From Lama guanicoe (taxonomy: Eukaryota), in the NCBI GenBank assembly GCA_013239625.1, contig MU053994.1, forward strand, positions 3,539,589 to 3,603,588: a stretch of DNA of 64,000 nucleotides. Reading direction: 5' to 3'. Of the stretch, positions 13,306 through 25,955 are shown one piece after another. The stretch's first letter is position 1. Each line of letters starts with the position of its first letter. A model generated the notes under the pieces. It saw only the letters and a list, made by a program, of their open reading frames with translations, did not search any database and was not told the origin of the DNA. The translations under genes and the position numbers were made by a program.

Positions 13306-14330
13306 ACACATAAGTGAACAAATGAATGAATGTTAGTATCACTAACAATTTTACACACATGGTAGAAAAGAATGTTCATTTCACCATATTATTTATGTAA
13401 TAGAGCCTGTGTTTAGCGCTGAGAAAGTGCACATTTGGCAATTGTTTAAACTTATCTACATAGCTGCCAAAAGTAATTTGAGTATCTCGGAGACATTCTA
13501 GAAATAAAAAGTACTTATGCTGCACTTCACAATCACTTATCCATGCAAATGGCTTATGAAGCAGCTATCATTCCTTCTACAAATAAGGAGAAAATGGTGA
13601 CAATCCATCCAAAGGTTATCAGATCAGATCTTAAGAGGGCTACTTTACGAGCTACAAAGCACTACTGATCCATATGTTTGGGGGAAAGTAGGTACCAAGA
13701 GTAAGCAGAAAGGCTGAAAAGCTACGATGTTTCCTAAAAACATGAACTAGGTTCTATAAAATAGCAGTATTATAATGGTAATCAGCACATCACTATGGGG
13801 CTGGCGATCTCTGTAATTGAATTAATAACATTGAGCATTTTAATAAAATATTAAAATCTGCATATGGCTAAATGGTAATACTTTCATCCTAGACAAACAT
13901 ACCAAAATACTCTAAACTCAGGGTTAAAATTAAAAGCCTGAAACATAGATTCAATATAGTATATTTTGGATATTACTAAAATACACAAAGAGAGAGAGAA
14001 ACAATCATCATCCCTATCTGTAAATAATTCAAATATCCAAACAATGGTAACAAAGTAAAAAAAAAAGTGTATCAAAAGAAATTTTAAAAATTGGAAAAAA
14101 AGAATGTGTAATAGCCCGGTAACAGAATACAAGAAGCTGAAATGAAATAATGTGCACTTAGATACAAAGAAACTGGCTTAAGCACAATAAAGTAATCATT
14201 TCTTATTATGAATAGATCTGGACAACTAAAAAAAGCCAATGAAGAAATTTAGTTGGGGGAGGGGGGTGAGGAGAGGGATGAGAAAGGGGAGGAGAGTACT
14301 ACAGTTAACCAACCGCCACCAAAAGCCTTG

Positions 14331-14384
14331 AGGCAAGGAAGAATTCAGGTCCCTATAGGCAAGGAAGAATTCAGGTCCCTATAG
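14331..14384. repeat. Perfect 26-bp tandem duplication
   Basis: AGGCAAGGAAGAATTCAGGTCCCTAT at 14331-14356 and 14357-14382, followed by AG. Confidence 0.97.
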
Positions 14385-15562
14385 ATGAAGGATTTAATAA
14401 AAGAACAATGGTTTGACAAATAGCAAGAACTTAAAGCAAACTTAAAAGTATCTAAACTAAAATATACTTTGTCATTTCATTAAAGGTTTCCATTTAATTG
14501 AAAGTTATACATCAAGCTTAGGAATCAAAAAGACCTCATCTTAGGAAAACCAAATGGTTTTACCCAAAAGCCAGCCATTAGAACCTGCAAAACACATCAC
14601 AGTGAAAAAGAAATGTACTCCTTTTTTTGCCCTAAATAGGTTGGTGTTGAGATAGATTCATAGAGAGATAGTATATTACCAATATCCACAGAAATGAAGC
14701 CGGAATCTCGCTTTTCAGTCACACCATGAATGGAATATTAAACATTATGTTCATTTTGATAAGATGCTTTAAATTGCCTCTGTTATAGATAAGCCTTTTC
14801 TTAGTCCTCAGTGTGTTGGCATTTTACATTGTTGATCCACCCCACCTTGAGACTTCTGTGACTTCCAGCTATCCATACTTCTAACTCTGTGATACTCCAA
14901 ACCACAACCCCTCTCCTCCTAGCCCAGCTCCATCAACCCACAAGAACGCATTCTCTTACAGTTTAACTTCCATACAGATGATTCCCAAATCTTCACTGTC
15001 ATTCTGGACCTTTCACCCAAACTCCACTTGTACATTTCCAGCAATGTTCACTTAGAAATGGCTTGTACTCAATTCAAAGCCAAAGTACCAATCCAATGGA
15101 ATACTGGGCAGCAGCTTAAGAGGAGACACAGTTAGATAGATATATAGATGGATATAGAAAGGTCACCAGATATGCTATTTTTCAATGGAAAATGAATATT
15201 TCAGTACAGTGCACAAATAGGATCCCATTCTGTTTTTTAAACAAAAAACTTCCAGAAAGACGTACAAAAACTGGACAATGGTTACCTCTGGGGAATGGGG
15301 CTATGGATGGATGGTAGGACAATGGAGAGAGATTCACTATTTACCTTTGTACCATCTATATTTTAAAATAAATTTTTTAATTTTATAAAAACTAGTTAAT
15401 AAAATGAAACTAACAGACGATTACTAAATCTCAAAGCTGGAAATATACATTAACTTCCTTTAAGTCAAGCTAGCTTCAGAAGTGAAATCTTCCCAGCACA
15501 GAAAGTCAAAGGGAGACTTTCTCTACACTGACTTGGGCTCTAAGGTCAATCACAGTATAATA

Positions 15563-15877
15563 CAGTCGGCCTTCCAAGGGTTCTGTATTTGCAGATTCAA
15601 TCAACTGTGAATTGAAAATATTCGGAAAAATTCCAGAAAGTTCCAAAAAGCAAAACTTGAATTTGCCTCTTGGCAACGATTTACATAGCACTTACATTGT
15701 ATTAGGTATTATAAGTAATCTAGAAATGACTTAGAGTATATAAGAGGATGTGTGTTAGTTACATGCAAATACTATGCCATTTTATACATAAGAGACTTGC
15801 GTATTCACAAATTTGGGAATTGCTGGGTGGGAAGGGGTCCTGGAACCAATCACCTAGAAGATATCAAGGATGACTAC
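15563..15877. mobile_element. MER2-like TcMar-Tigger MITE
   Basis: TA|CAGTCGGCCTTCC… start; gcagattcaatcaactg, acattgtattaggtattataagtaatctagaaatga, ggggtcctggaaccaatc. Confidence 0.85.
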
Positions 15878-16719
15878 CAGACTGGCCATCAGACTAAGCT
15901 GAAAGATGGGATACCAAGATAATGAGTGACTCTGAGAGAAAGGAGAGCAGGTCCTATAGCACCTTGAACCCTGAGGCATAAATCCAATGCAGTATTTGGT
16001 GGTTTAGAATCTCCACTGTCAGATGCAACTAAAAAATAGAACCAAAAAATGTGAGACCTGTATGCCCTATCAGCTTGTTGGCTGGGGTTAGGTACCTGCT
16101 CTGCAGCAGTAACTCAGTCACTTGATTACTTAGGTGTGCAGTGTTGGCAGACAGCTGAGATGCTCACAACTCAGTAGCTGTAGATCAGTAGTTTTCAGAG
16201 TCAGAGAGAATAATTTCAGTATTTTTATTACAGGATATAGAAATAACTATCCTGTGGAAACAACCCCACCCCACTGCCAACAAACACCTACCTCTGAAAT
16301 CTCCATACTTCTGGTTTGGCAGTTTAGCAGTAATCAATCAACTATTCTGTCTATTGGGGCAGGGGAATTGGAAGGAAAAACTCGGAGAGTAAAAGGGGTG
16401 GAAAAAGTTCCAAAACAAATTATACTTTTGGATGGATGGTCAAGAATCTGTATTTCCATGGCTAAGGAATGCATAAACTTATCAGTATGATATTTCATTA
16501 AAGAAAAAGAGAAAAAGAAAAATGAAATAGATGAAACAATGAATAGTAGTATGGAACCTCTACTGAAGAAGTGAGGAATTTAACCAGAAAGTTGAACAAT
16601 TAAAATTTGCAGTAAATAAACTCTGAAAATGAAGAAATGTGCCTTACTTTAAGGAAACCCACTGCAGCATTTTCACAACTGGAATCAACAGCAGAGTGCA
16701 GCATGACATGAATGAACTT

Positions 16720-16860
16720 TAGAATTGGTAGGATTCCCATGTGATCTTGAGCAAGTTATTCATCCCTCCCCTCTGAATCTCAGTGTTCTCTGTAAAATGG
16801 GTATAATTAAAGGAGATAATATATGTAAAATGACTAGTATTAGAAGGTATAAATGTCAGT
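16720..16860 (+). mobile_element. MIR SINE fragment
   Basis: tgtgatcttgagcaagttatt…ctctgaatctcagtgttctctgtaaaatggg. Confidence 0.7.
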
Positions 16861-18367
16861 TACCTTTATGAAGTAGGCATGTTAAATTATGAAAGAATTT
16901 TTTTACTTGTAAACAATCTTATGTCTAAGTTCCTTTAAATTGCTTCTGCTACATTTAAAATGTGAAAGCATTTACAAAAATGCACTAATTCAAGAACAAT
17001 CTCAAAAATTGAGGTATACTTGCTTCTTTAATTTATTGAGTAGAGCTACAACTGGAGATGGCTAAAGAATTTTCAATTTAAAGGAAATATCCCAGGAACA
17101 TAATATAAGGAACATTAGAGATACAGCTTTGGGCAGGTGAAACTGTTGCAGATACAAAGGAAAAATGGAGACAGAGACAGGTGATCTGCATATGTCAAGG
17201 ACAGAGCATGTCACAATTATAGAAGGTAGGGGAGTCACAGGAAGCATTTATGAAGACAACATGCAAACCACACTTCAGAAACTCCAAGTCCTAAAGCAGT
17301 CTGTAATAAGTGGACAGAAAGAGACCCAAAGAAGGTTGTGCACGTGCAGAAAAGCAACTCAGTAGCTCATTTCCCTCCTAAGAGGTCCCAGAGTCCAACT
17401 TCATCCTCAGGAATCAACACAGCTTACCTCCTCCCAACAAGGCCTGCAGTGAGTAGGAATCCACACCCTGTAACAGGTTTTTCCACCCAGTAACGTTAGT
17501 TTAACCTCCACGGCTTGGATCTTTCTGAGGCACCAGCAGTTTAGCTGGTGACTGTGTTTCGTTTCCCTTGTTACATGATTGTCACTCTGATCAACACTTC
17601 TTTCATGGAACATCTACTCATTTCTAGAAAATTCTTGGTTCCTTCAGGCTCACATTTGACTTTTTCCTAACATTAAAAACTAGTTTACCTACAATGTCTA
17701 CTTAAAATTCCTAGGAAAGATGTTTCAACATGATGTAACGTTCCCCACTGTGGTACTAGAAATCCAAACCACTGGGCCAATCAATATATGTGAAAGCCAT
17801 AGTAATTAGGACAAATTAGTAAAGCTGAATTTTCCTCTCTGCTAAATTATATATTATACATATTACTCCAGTATTTACTTAAAGACTGCATTTAACTCAA
17901 TTCTTGGGCAAACAGCTCTATTGAAATTGCAAGTATGAAATTTAAAGAACATATGCAACTTAATCATACTCTTTTCATAAGGTGTATGTGCAAACACAAT
18001 CCATACTAAACTGATAGATTTCTCAATATTAAATTAAGTCATCACAGTAGACAGCCATCATCAACTGTTATTGAAGCAATCCTTGTTCTATGTTGTTCCA
18101 AACATCAGGCAATCAGCATGTTAGCGTTAGATGAGTGTCATAAATCAATGTGAATCTTAAAAGACCCCAAAAACTCAAAGCCATACATAGGCTGAAACAA
18201 AATTCTTATACAACAAGGCTCAGAAATACAGTGTAGGGAAAATAAAATCCATGTCTTGGTCTTTTGGCTGCAATATCTCCCCCAAAACAATTATTCTGCT
18301 TTTAAAAAACTATAAGCCTCTCAGAAGCCAGTCCCAAAATATTACATACATAACCTGAGTTTTAAAC

Positions 18368-18545
18368 CAATGATTCTTGCTCATAGTTGCATATTCGAAT
18401 CACTTGGAGAGCTTTAAAAACTACCAATGACCAGGACCCACTCCCAGAGATCCTGGTTTCATTGCTCTGACACAGGGCCCTGGCACTGATCTTTTTAAAA
18501 AGCTCCCCTGGTGATTCTAATATACAGCCAGGTGGAGAACCACTA
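18368..18545. mobile_element. MER5A/MER5A1-like hAT MITE
   Basis: caatgattct … gagaaccacta termini; internal inverted gaatcacttggagagctttaaaaa / tttttaaaaagctcccctggtgattc. Confidence 0.8.
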
Positions 18546-18796
18546 CTTTAATTCAGCCTTTTGGGACAATAATTGCTCTCAGGTTGATAAACATACTTTT
18601 TGTCTTTTAATGAGATTTTATTAAAACTACTCAATTCATTCCATAGCAAATGAGCAACTGTTACATTGTAGGCACTGTGTTAAATAATAAAGATGTGCGA
18701 GTTATTTTCCCTGCCCTCAAGAAGCTCCCTGTTAGCTAGGTAGAGAGCCATAAATAAGTAACTGTAATTAAATATAAGTGCTCTTGAGGTGTAAGC

Positions 18797-18887
18797 AAAT
18801 ACAGCATGCCTCGTAAACTTGCATGTCATCCTTGAGCAGGGGTCACAATGCATCATTCCAATTTTAGTTTATGTCCTACCAAAGCAG
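18797..18887 (-). pseudogene. Degraded U6 snRNA pseudogene with internal deletion
   Basis: Minus strand CTGCTTTGGTAGGACATAAACTAAAATTGGAATGATGCA-TTGTGACCCCTGCTCAAGGATGACATGCAAGTTTACGAGGCATGCTGTATTT aligns along almost all of U6 (…ACTAAAATTGGAACGATAC…CCCCTGCGCAAGGATGACACGCAAATTCGTGAAGCG…), with CpG transitions and an ~11-nt gap. Confidence 0.9.
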
Positions 18888-20401
18888 GAAAGTCAGAAGT
18901 TACAGATTACTAAATACACAGGCAAATATTCAGCCTATACAAGGCAAAAACAGTGTAGTTTGCTAGGCTCTTTCACAGAAACTGCTGTACCATGAAGGTA
19001 GGCATCTCTACGTTTTAATTTGGATGAATCATTTTAAAATTTCCTTCATGTAATATTACTGATTGTGCACTTGCCTATAAAACCAGCAATTTGCAAAAGA
19101 TACAGTAAATGCTCACGACCATAAAAATTAGCTGATTACCTGTATTTGCATAATACCTTTCCTTTCCAGTAACTGCTACATTTGCTAAGATAGAAGTTTT
19201 GGGACAATGACAGCATTGGAGATTTGTCTCAGTCACTTGAAAGATATTACATGGGAAAATGTTATGGAAACAACAGGCATTCAAGGACCTTTTATAAGAC
19301 TTTCAAAAATAAGAAACACAAGGGAAAAGAGTTTAAATTTAAAAAAAAAGACATGGTATCCTCCCAATATTCATAATAAATCAGGCACACAATTTCCTGC
19401 GAGACAGTGGATGACTGAGTGAGTAGATAAGTAGTGAGGTAGTACAGCGAGTGGGTGGTCAACTAATGGCAAAAAGCGAAATCCATTTTAAGTACTTCGG
19501 TGACATTTTAAACCTGTTAAGCTCTAGGGGTCAAAAACAACCTGATACTAATTTGTTATACAATAAAAATTACAATTCCAGAGAACTTGGATAGAAATCA
19601 ACGAGAAGGTTTTCGGTACAAGTGGACATCTTTACGGGCTTTCTGTTTAAATATAGAATTGAACAAATTCTGAGTTAAAATGTATGCTGTCAAAGACCCT
19701 GTAAGAAAATCTGAAGTGAATTTCAATTTCCAGATCAATAAATGCTGAGACAATTTACCGGAGAAAACCTTCAATCTTTACACAGGGTGAGGAACACTAT
19801 CATTATATTCTTTGCCACAAAGGCTACCTTGAATTCCTTTTTTCATGGGATGACATATTATAAATGGTACTGACCAAGTCAGGTTTTGAAGAATATGAGT
19901 TTTCACGTTCACAGTAGTTAAGGTAGCCATAGAGGACCTATCACCTCAAAATTAGCTTGCACCCCCTCCTCATGCAGCTCTGAAGCAACAGAAAAGATAA
20001 ATCTAGTTCGACCAGAGGCGTTTCCTGAAAATATTTTAGCAATTAAAAGTCAGCAGAATACTGATTGTGCTAATGTGATGCTAACTACTTCTTTTCGACA
20101 TCCAGAAATCACATCATCACTCTTTCAGACCTCAAGGAATCAGAACTAGTTACTAACATTGATTCAATGATGGCTATATTCTGTCATCACAATAGAATTA
20201 ACATTTTAATCTCACATTTTCCAATTGTGACTTTCCTGGCTCATTTAAATCAAATATACCTAAGACACAACAATCATGCCCCCCATGCACACGCACACAC
20301 AAAATCATTTGGGGGCTTTTGGAAAATATCTAATTTACCTTCTCTGAGTGCCAAGAACGAAGAAAGCAGTGAGATTTTCTGACACATTTGTCTTTCTAGA
20401 A

Positions 20402-20922
20402 CTGTGTTATTCACATATGGCTATTGAGCACATGAAATGTGGCTAGTCCAAATGAGGGAACTGAATTTTGAATTTTATTTAATATTAATTAATTTAAATT
20501 TAGAAAGAGACTCTCGATTCAGTTATTAGAAAACTTTTAGGTATGTCTGGGACAAGTTGGGTATGTGAATCTACTTTAGCAAATGCAAATTTTATGAAAC
20601 CTAAATACAGAACAGGTATTTCCAGTGAAAATTTAGCTTAGTGTCAGAATTGAGATGTGTTGTTAGTGTAAAATATACATTGGATTTTGAAGACTGAGTA
20701 TGAAAGAGAGGTTGTAAAAATCTCATTAACAATTTCCATACTGATTATATGTTAAAGTCATAATAGTCTGGATCTACTGGGTTAAGTAAAATATTTTATT
20801 CAAATTAATTGCACCACTGCTTTTAATCTTTTTAATGTGGCTATCAGAAAATTTACACATGTAGAATTTACTCATATGAAATCACATATGGGGCTCTCAT
20901 TATATATCTCTTGGACAGCTCT
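20402..20922 (+). mobile_element. Charlie1-like non-autonomous hAT element retaining the transposase C-terminal remnant
   Basis: Flanks TTCTAGAA / CTCTAGAC match the hAT-Charlie target NTCTAGAN; terminal TTGGACAGCTCTG; 20519-20638 translates SVIRKLLGMSGTSWVCESTLANANFMKPKYRTGISSENLA. Confidence 0.85.
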
Positions 20923-22332
20923 GCTCTAGACCACTTCCATAACCACTTTACCAGGGCAGGTTCAGATATCTTTCTTCTAGTAGACAGGCTGGTCATGTTA
21001 ACAATAGGGGCAAGGAGTAACATGTCTTTGCATCAACTGGGTCTGAGGAAAGTGTGTGGCAAGCTCTACCAACAATTTCACCATGTGAGGCAACACTGTC
21101 ATACCTCAACATGGAAGGAAAATAATGAGTTATCAGTACTTAAACAAATTGAAATCCAGTACTGCAGACAACTTAAAAGAGATACAGTCAACTGCTCTAA
21201 GGTCTTGGTTTCATTTCCTAACTGCGGACCTTAAAATAGACAATAAAGCACCGCTTCCAAAAAGACAGAAAAATATTTCGATGGTAGCTATCTAGCAATC
21301 CTTAATAACCAAGCAAAAATTGCTCTTAAATCTTATCTCCTCAACTTCTAAAGCCACAGAATACACGCTGAACCAGGAAATCAACTTCAGATCGCAGCAT
21401 TTCCCTCACAAGCAAATTAGCAGGATTGTGCACTTGGAATACTGTTTGACAAGAATGAAAAGGAAACTATTCAAAACAGATTTAAGGAATGGACAATTAG
21501 ATGAGGAACTGCAGATTTAATTCTCAATCAGCACTGTGATTAATCTGATTCCCTGCTTTTCCCTAGTGTAATTATACAACACAGATGAAAGGATGAGCAT
21601 TTGGACTGTCAGTTCTATATTCTAGACCAGCCCGGTGACTCAAAGCAGACGGCTCTACCACGCTAACCACCATCCCAACAACAGTCGAGGGAAGCCTCGA
21701 ACACTGATTTAACAGTCATTGCATAACGAGGCATTAAAAATTCGGAATCCCCCAACTCTTTCCACGTTGGTCTACCCCAGGTGAAGAATCTGCCGAAACT
21801 GAACGCACCTGGTCTTAAATGACCCCCTCCAATCCGGGCATGGGGTGAACACAAAGGCATCTATCTAATATCCTGCACAATAGACACACACCCCACAATT
21901 TAAAACCCTGGACGTTCTTTCTCTGTCTCTCCACGCATGCAAAGGAAATGTAAGCTGCTCTTTTCGTTAATGGTCTGTGGTACACGCAAGGTAACAATAA
22001 GCCCAACTGTTCCCAGGAAGCAACTATAAAATCGGTTCTGCCACGTCCCTGTGCAACCGTCAGAGAAAATGCAGACAGCAGATTTCAGCCGGCCCCACGC
22101 CTCGTGGGGTGGCCGATCTCGGCTCGTCGGCCTCCACGGATCGCCGAGAAGCCCCCTAGACCCCTGCCCCGCAGGAGGTCCAGGTACACGTCTATAAATA
22201 CTCGCAAGCAAGGAGGACGAGGGAGGCGAGCAGAGGGAGGGCAGAGGGGCAGGCCCCCCGGCGGGTGCGGGAGGACCCGGGCATCACTGAAATGCATTTT
22301 CCCATACACCCGCTCCCTCGCGTGGAGACTCA

Positions 22333-22458
<126 letters not shown>

Positions 22459-22849
22459 TCAGTGCCCGGCCCCTGGCTCGCCTCCTCCCCTCAGGACCCG
22501 CGAGCCCTCGGTGCCGAGGACACTCGAGCGGGGCTGCGAGGCCCGGAGACTGCGGCGCCTTCCTCTGCGGGCGGCCGCCCCGGCGCGGGCGGCGGGGCCG
22601 GGGCGCGGGAGCGAGGGAGGATCCTCGGGGACCGCGCGCTCTCCACTCGTCAGCCCGCGCGGGCCGCGAGGCCGCGACCGCTCCCTCTGTCGAGGCTGGC
22701 TCCGGCGCTGCGCGGGGCAGCTCCGGCTACAGGGGGGGCCGCGGCAGGACCATGGAGGGAGGATCGCCGCGGAGGGAGGTGGCGGCGGCAGATCGGCGCT
22801 GGGGACCAGGAGGCGGCGGCAGAGACGCTCCCTCCTCCTTCTCCTCCTC

Positions 22850-22867
22850 CCGCCGCCGCCGCCGCCG
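22850..22867. repeat. (CCG)6 trinucleotide repeat in the putative CASK 5'UTR, next to CCT-rich repeats
   Basis: Read directly: six CCG units preceded by cctcctccttctcctcctc. Confidence 0.9.
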
Positions 22868-23049
22868 CCCGCCCGGGAGTGGGAGGGGGCTTCGTGGGAC
22901 TGGCTCTCCGTGCGGGCGGGAGCCGCAGCCGCCGCCTTCAGCTCCTCCTCCTCCTTCGCCTCGGCCGCCGACCGGCTCGCAGCCCCGCGCACCCGCCTCG
23001 CGCACACACGCCCTCCTCCCCCTCCGTCCGCGGGGCTTCCAGAACCACA

Positions 23050-23330
23050 GGCCCCGCCCACTCCAGCCCGTCGGGAGGCGGTGGCCGAGGGAAAGGGAGC
23101 GGGGCTGAGCGACGCATGCGCGCGCCGCGGGCCACGTCACGGCGAACAGGCGGGCGCCGGGAATCTAGAAGGGGAGGGGGATTGGGGCGCGCGGGTGACT
23201 ACTGCTTAGGTGGGGGCGGGTCGGGGTCGTCACTCCCGCGACCAAGCCGCGGAAGGGGTCTGGGACAAAAGGGCCGAGACCGAACGCACGTTCTTGGCTC
23301 TCTGAGGCGAGAGGCTCGGAAGCCCGGCCG
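23050..23330 (-). promoter_or_regulatory. Candidate CASK proximal promoter motifs (GC boxes, NRF1-like, CRE/ATF-like, CCAAT, ETS-like)
   Basis: CCCCGCCC ~23052; ACGCATGCGC 23112-23121 (NRF1-like, one mismatch); CCACGTCA 23132-23139 (TGACGTGG on minus); ATTGG 23181-23185 (CCAAT on minus); GGGGCGGG 23213-23220; CGGAAG ~23250 and ~23317. No TATA box evident. The TSS cannot be determined from sequence. Confidence 0.65.
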
Positions 23331-24889
23331 CTCCCTCCTTTTGTAACCGGGCAAAGCCCTTCCCAGTTTTTGCTGGGGAAGGAGGCTGGGAAAGGGTCCT
23401 AATGAATGGGAAAGCGAGAACAGCAAGAATCCCTGCTAGGCGGCGGATGCTTTTAGTGCCACTGTCACAGCTTAATGAAAACGAGGGCTGGGGAAGAAGG
23501 GTCGTCCACGTACAAGAAAAGGACCAAACAAAAACCGTCCAGGAAGGTGTGCAAAAACAAATGGCAATTTATAGAGACAGCTTCTCCTGCATTCTGCCCC
23601 AAACTCAAATATCTAGCCAGCGCCTGCTCCCCACTAGAGACAGCCTAGAGGGAGGTCAGGAAGGCAGGTACATCCAGAGACTTTAAACTCCTTTGTATAG
23701 TGCCCTCTCCCAAGCCCCCAGTACCTACTCTGCTCCTTTTACTCTCTGTAAATGTTACCCTTGTCAGGATAAACATGCAACTAGAGGGAGTGGATGTACA
23801 GGGTCAGCCAGGGAGTGAGGTTATGGGTGTTGCCGCTGTGCTAGGTTGTATTCAATATGAAGATTTCTATTCAACTGAGCATGTGCGGAATAAGCCAACG
23901 CCATCAGACAGGTATATGCCTCAGTTGAGGACCAATAAAAAAAAGTCTTTGTTCCTCTGCACAGCAGAAGTGCCCAATTAGTTCATAAGTCAGCTTCTAG
24001 AAATCATCTGGTAAAATTCTCAGTACAGTAATTTAAAAAAAGAAGAAGAGAAAGAAAGGAAAAAGAAAAAAAAGGATAGTATTTACCAAAGTGTGTGAGG
24101 GGGTGGAGACCCACACAGCATATTTTCTCTTCAGAAACGTTTTGTGCAAACGCTTGACCACTCCCTTAAGAGGCTGGGAGGTTTGCCTGTGTTAAAGATT
24201 TGAGAACTAGACCTTTTTTTAAAAAAATGCAAATTAGAGGGAAAACGTAATTGTATGAAAAGGTTTTCCTCCTTTTCCAAAGGGCTCGTGCATTCTCTAG
24301 AGAAGGGAGCTTCATCACCTCCACTGAGGGTCCCACAGTTCCACATCACTCACTGGCAATTGGCATATCCACATAGTACCCAATGAATAAGATGTCACTC
24401 CATTCTGCCCTGAAGTACACAGCGATCCTCACCTTGTCAACTTAAACTTCCTTTTCCCAGCCCAGGTCTGAGCTATGCCAAGGCTTGTTGACTTCATTTT
24501 GGGGTTTGTTATCTTGCACAGGGGCCTATGCTCAGACATAGAAAAGCACCATGATAAAATGAGACAAAAGAAAATGGAGTGGAGTAAAAAAGACGATTAC
24601 AGAGATAGGTTTGCACTCTGCTCATGGAATCACAATAGGTTTAGATTCGGAAAGAGCCTTAGAGGTCAGCCAGTCCTGCTCTGTCATTTACAGATGTGGG
24701 GGAAGCCACCATTATTGGCCTAACTTAATCAGCTCTTGGCATTCCCTGGTCACTAGCCTTGAATGGCTCCAGGTCTTCCAATCAGCACAAGGCTTAGGAC
24801 TTTTCCCCCCATGGATGGGAAACACTCTTTCCCCCCACCCCATCCCACAACCATCACACTGGCTTTGAATAAAGAGGTACACACCCTCA

Positions 24890-25110
24890 ACTGCTGCCAA
24901 CAGACATCTTGTACCCATGAAGGTAGTCAGACCTAAGATAAAGATGGAACTGGGGGCAGTAAGGTGGAGATGTTCTCAATGACATTGTCAATCTCTTGTT
25001 TAGCCAACTCTCTACACTTTCTGGTCATGTAAGGCAATGGATTCCCTTACTGCTTAAGCCATTTTGAGTTGGGTTTTCTGTTACTTTCAAAGAAAGCATC
25101 CTACAAATAG
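24890..25110 (+). mobile_element. MaLR (MLT1J/K-like) LTR 3' fragment
   Basis: ttcccttactgcttaagccattttgagttgggttttctgttactt…aaagcatcct. Confidence 0.7.
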
Positions 25111-25464
25111 TACAACAGTTGAGAAAACAAGTTTAGAGACAAAAATATGTCCATGGTCACATGTTTAGCTGAACATCTCATTTGAACTTAGATCTCCCAG
25201 CTCCCGGTGTGCTATTTAGTGATACAGAAGTTCTCTGTAATACTCATCCCTCAGAACTTATACTATGCATTGTGGCTAGAGGTAGCCCCTCTCTGCTTTC
25301 TACAACTAAAATGACCAAGCCTTATAAATGAAGTTAATTATTATCTGGGTTTCTTCCAAAAGCCCAATATTCCAGCAAATAAGTGCAAGTATAAATGATC
25401 AGGTGTCAATAATTTAGTTCTGTTTTCATTTCCGTGGAGAAAATGTTAAAGTAACTAGTTGCAG

Positions 25465-25955
25465 CAGTTAGATTGTGTTCAGCTGTTAATAATTGAATAC
25501 TCCATAACAGTGGTTTAAACAAATGGGGGGATTTACCTTTCTCAGACAGCAAAGAGTCTGGAGGTGGGTGGTTACTAACATTGGATGAGCTACTCAACAG
25601 TGTCATCAGTGACCTAGGTTCATTCTTTCCTCTCTGCCACCCTTGACATGTTAGCTCCTCATTCTCAGGCTTGTTGCTTCATCATCACAAGATGATCACC
25701 ACAATTTCCAACATCAAAGTGCATTCAAAGGCAGGAATCAGGAAGGCAGTAAGGGTAGGCAAGGCTGCTTTGCTCCCTCCCCCACCTGTTATTAGGGAAA
25801 GAAAATCCCCTTTCCCCATCTCACTGGCTAGAACAGTCACATGGCAACTCTCACCTGCAAGAGAAGCTGGGGATGTAGGTATCTGCCTTTTCCTCCCTTT
25901 TCTTTGAAGGTGGGCAAAGGAGAAGCAGACGGGGATGGGCTTTGGCAGCCAATCA
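25465..25955 (-). mobile_element. Old MaLR (MLT1-like) LTR
   Basis: cagttagattgtgttcagctg…aacagtggtttaaacaaat…ctcactggctagaacagtcacatggc. Confidence 0.7.

Noticed and set aside
14331..14384. CRISPR-like direct repeat
   Set aside because: Only two adjacent copies with no spacer, in mammalian DNA.
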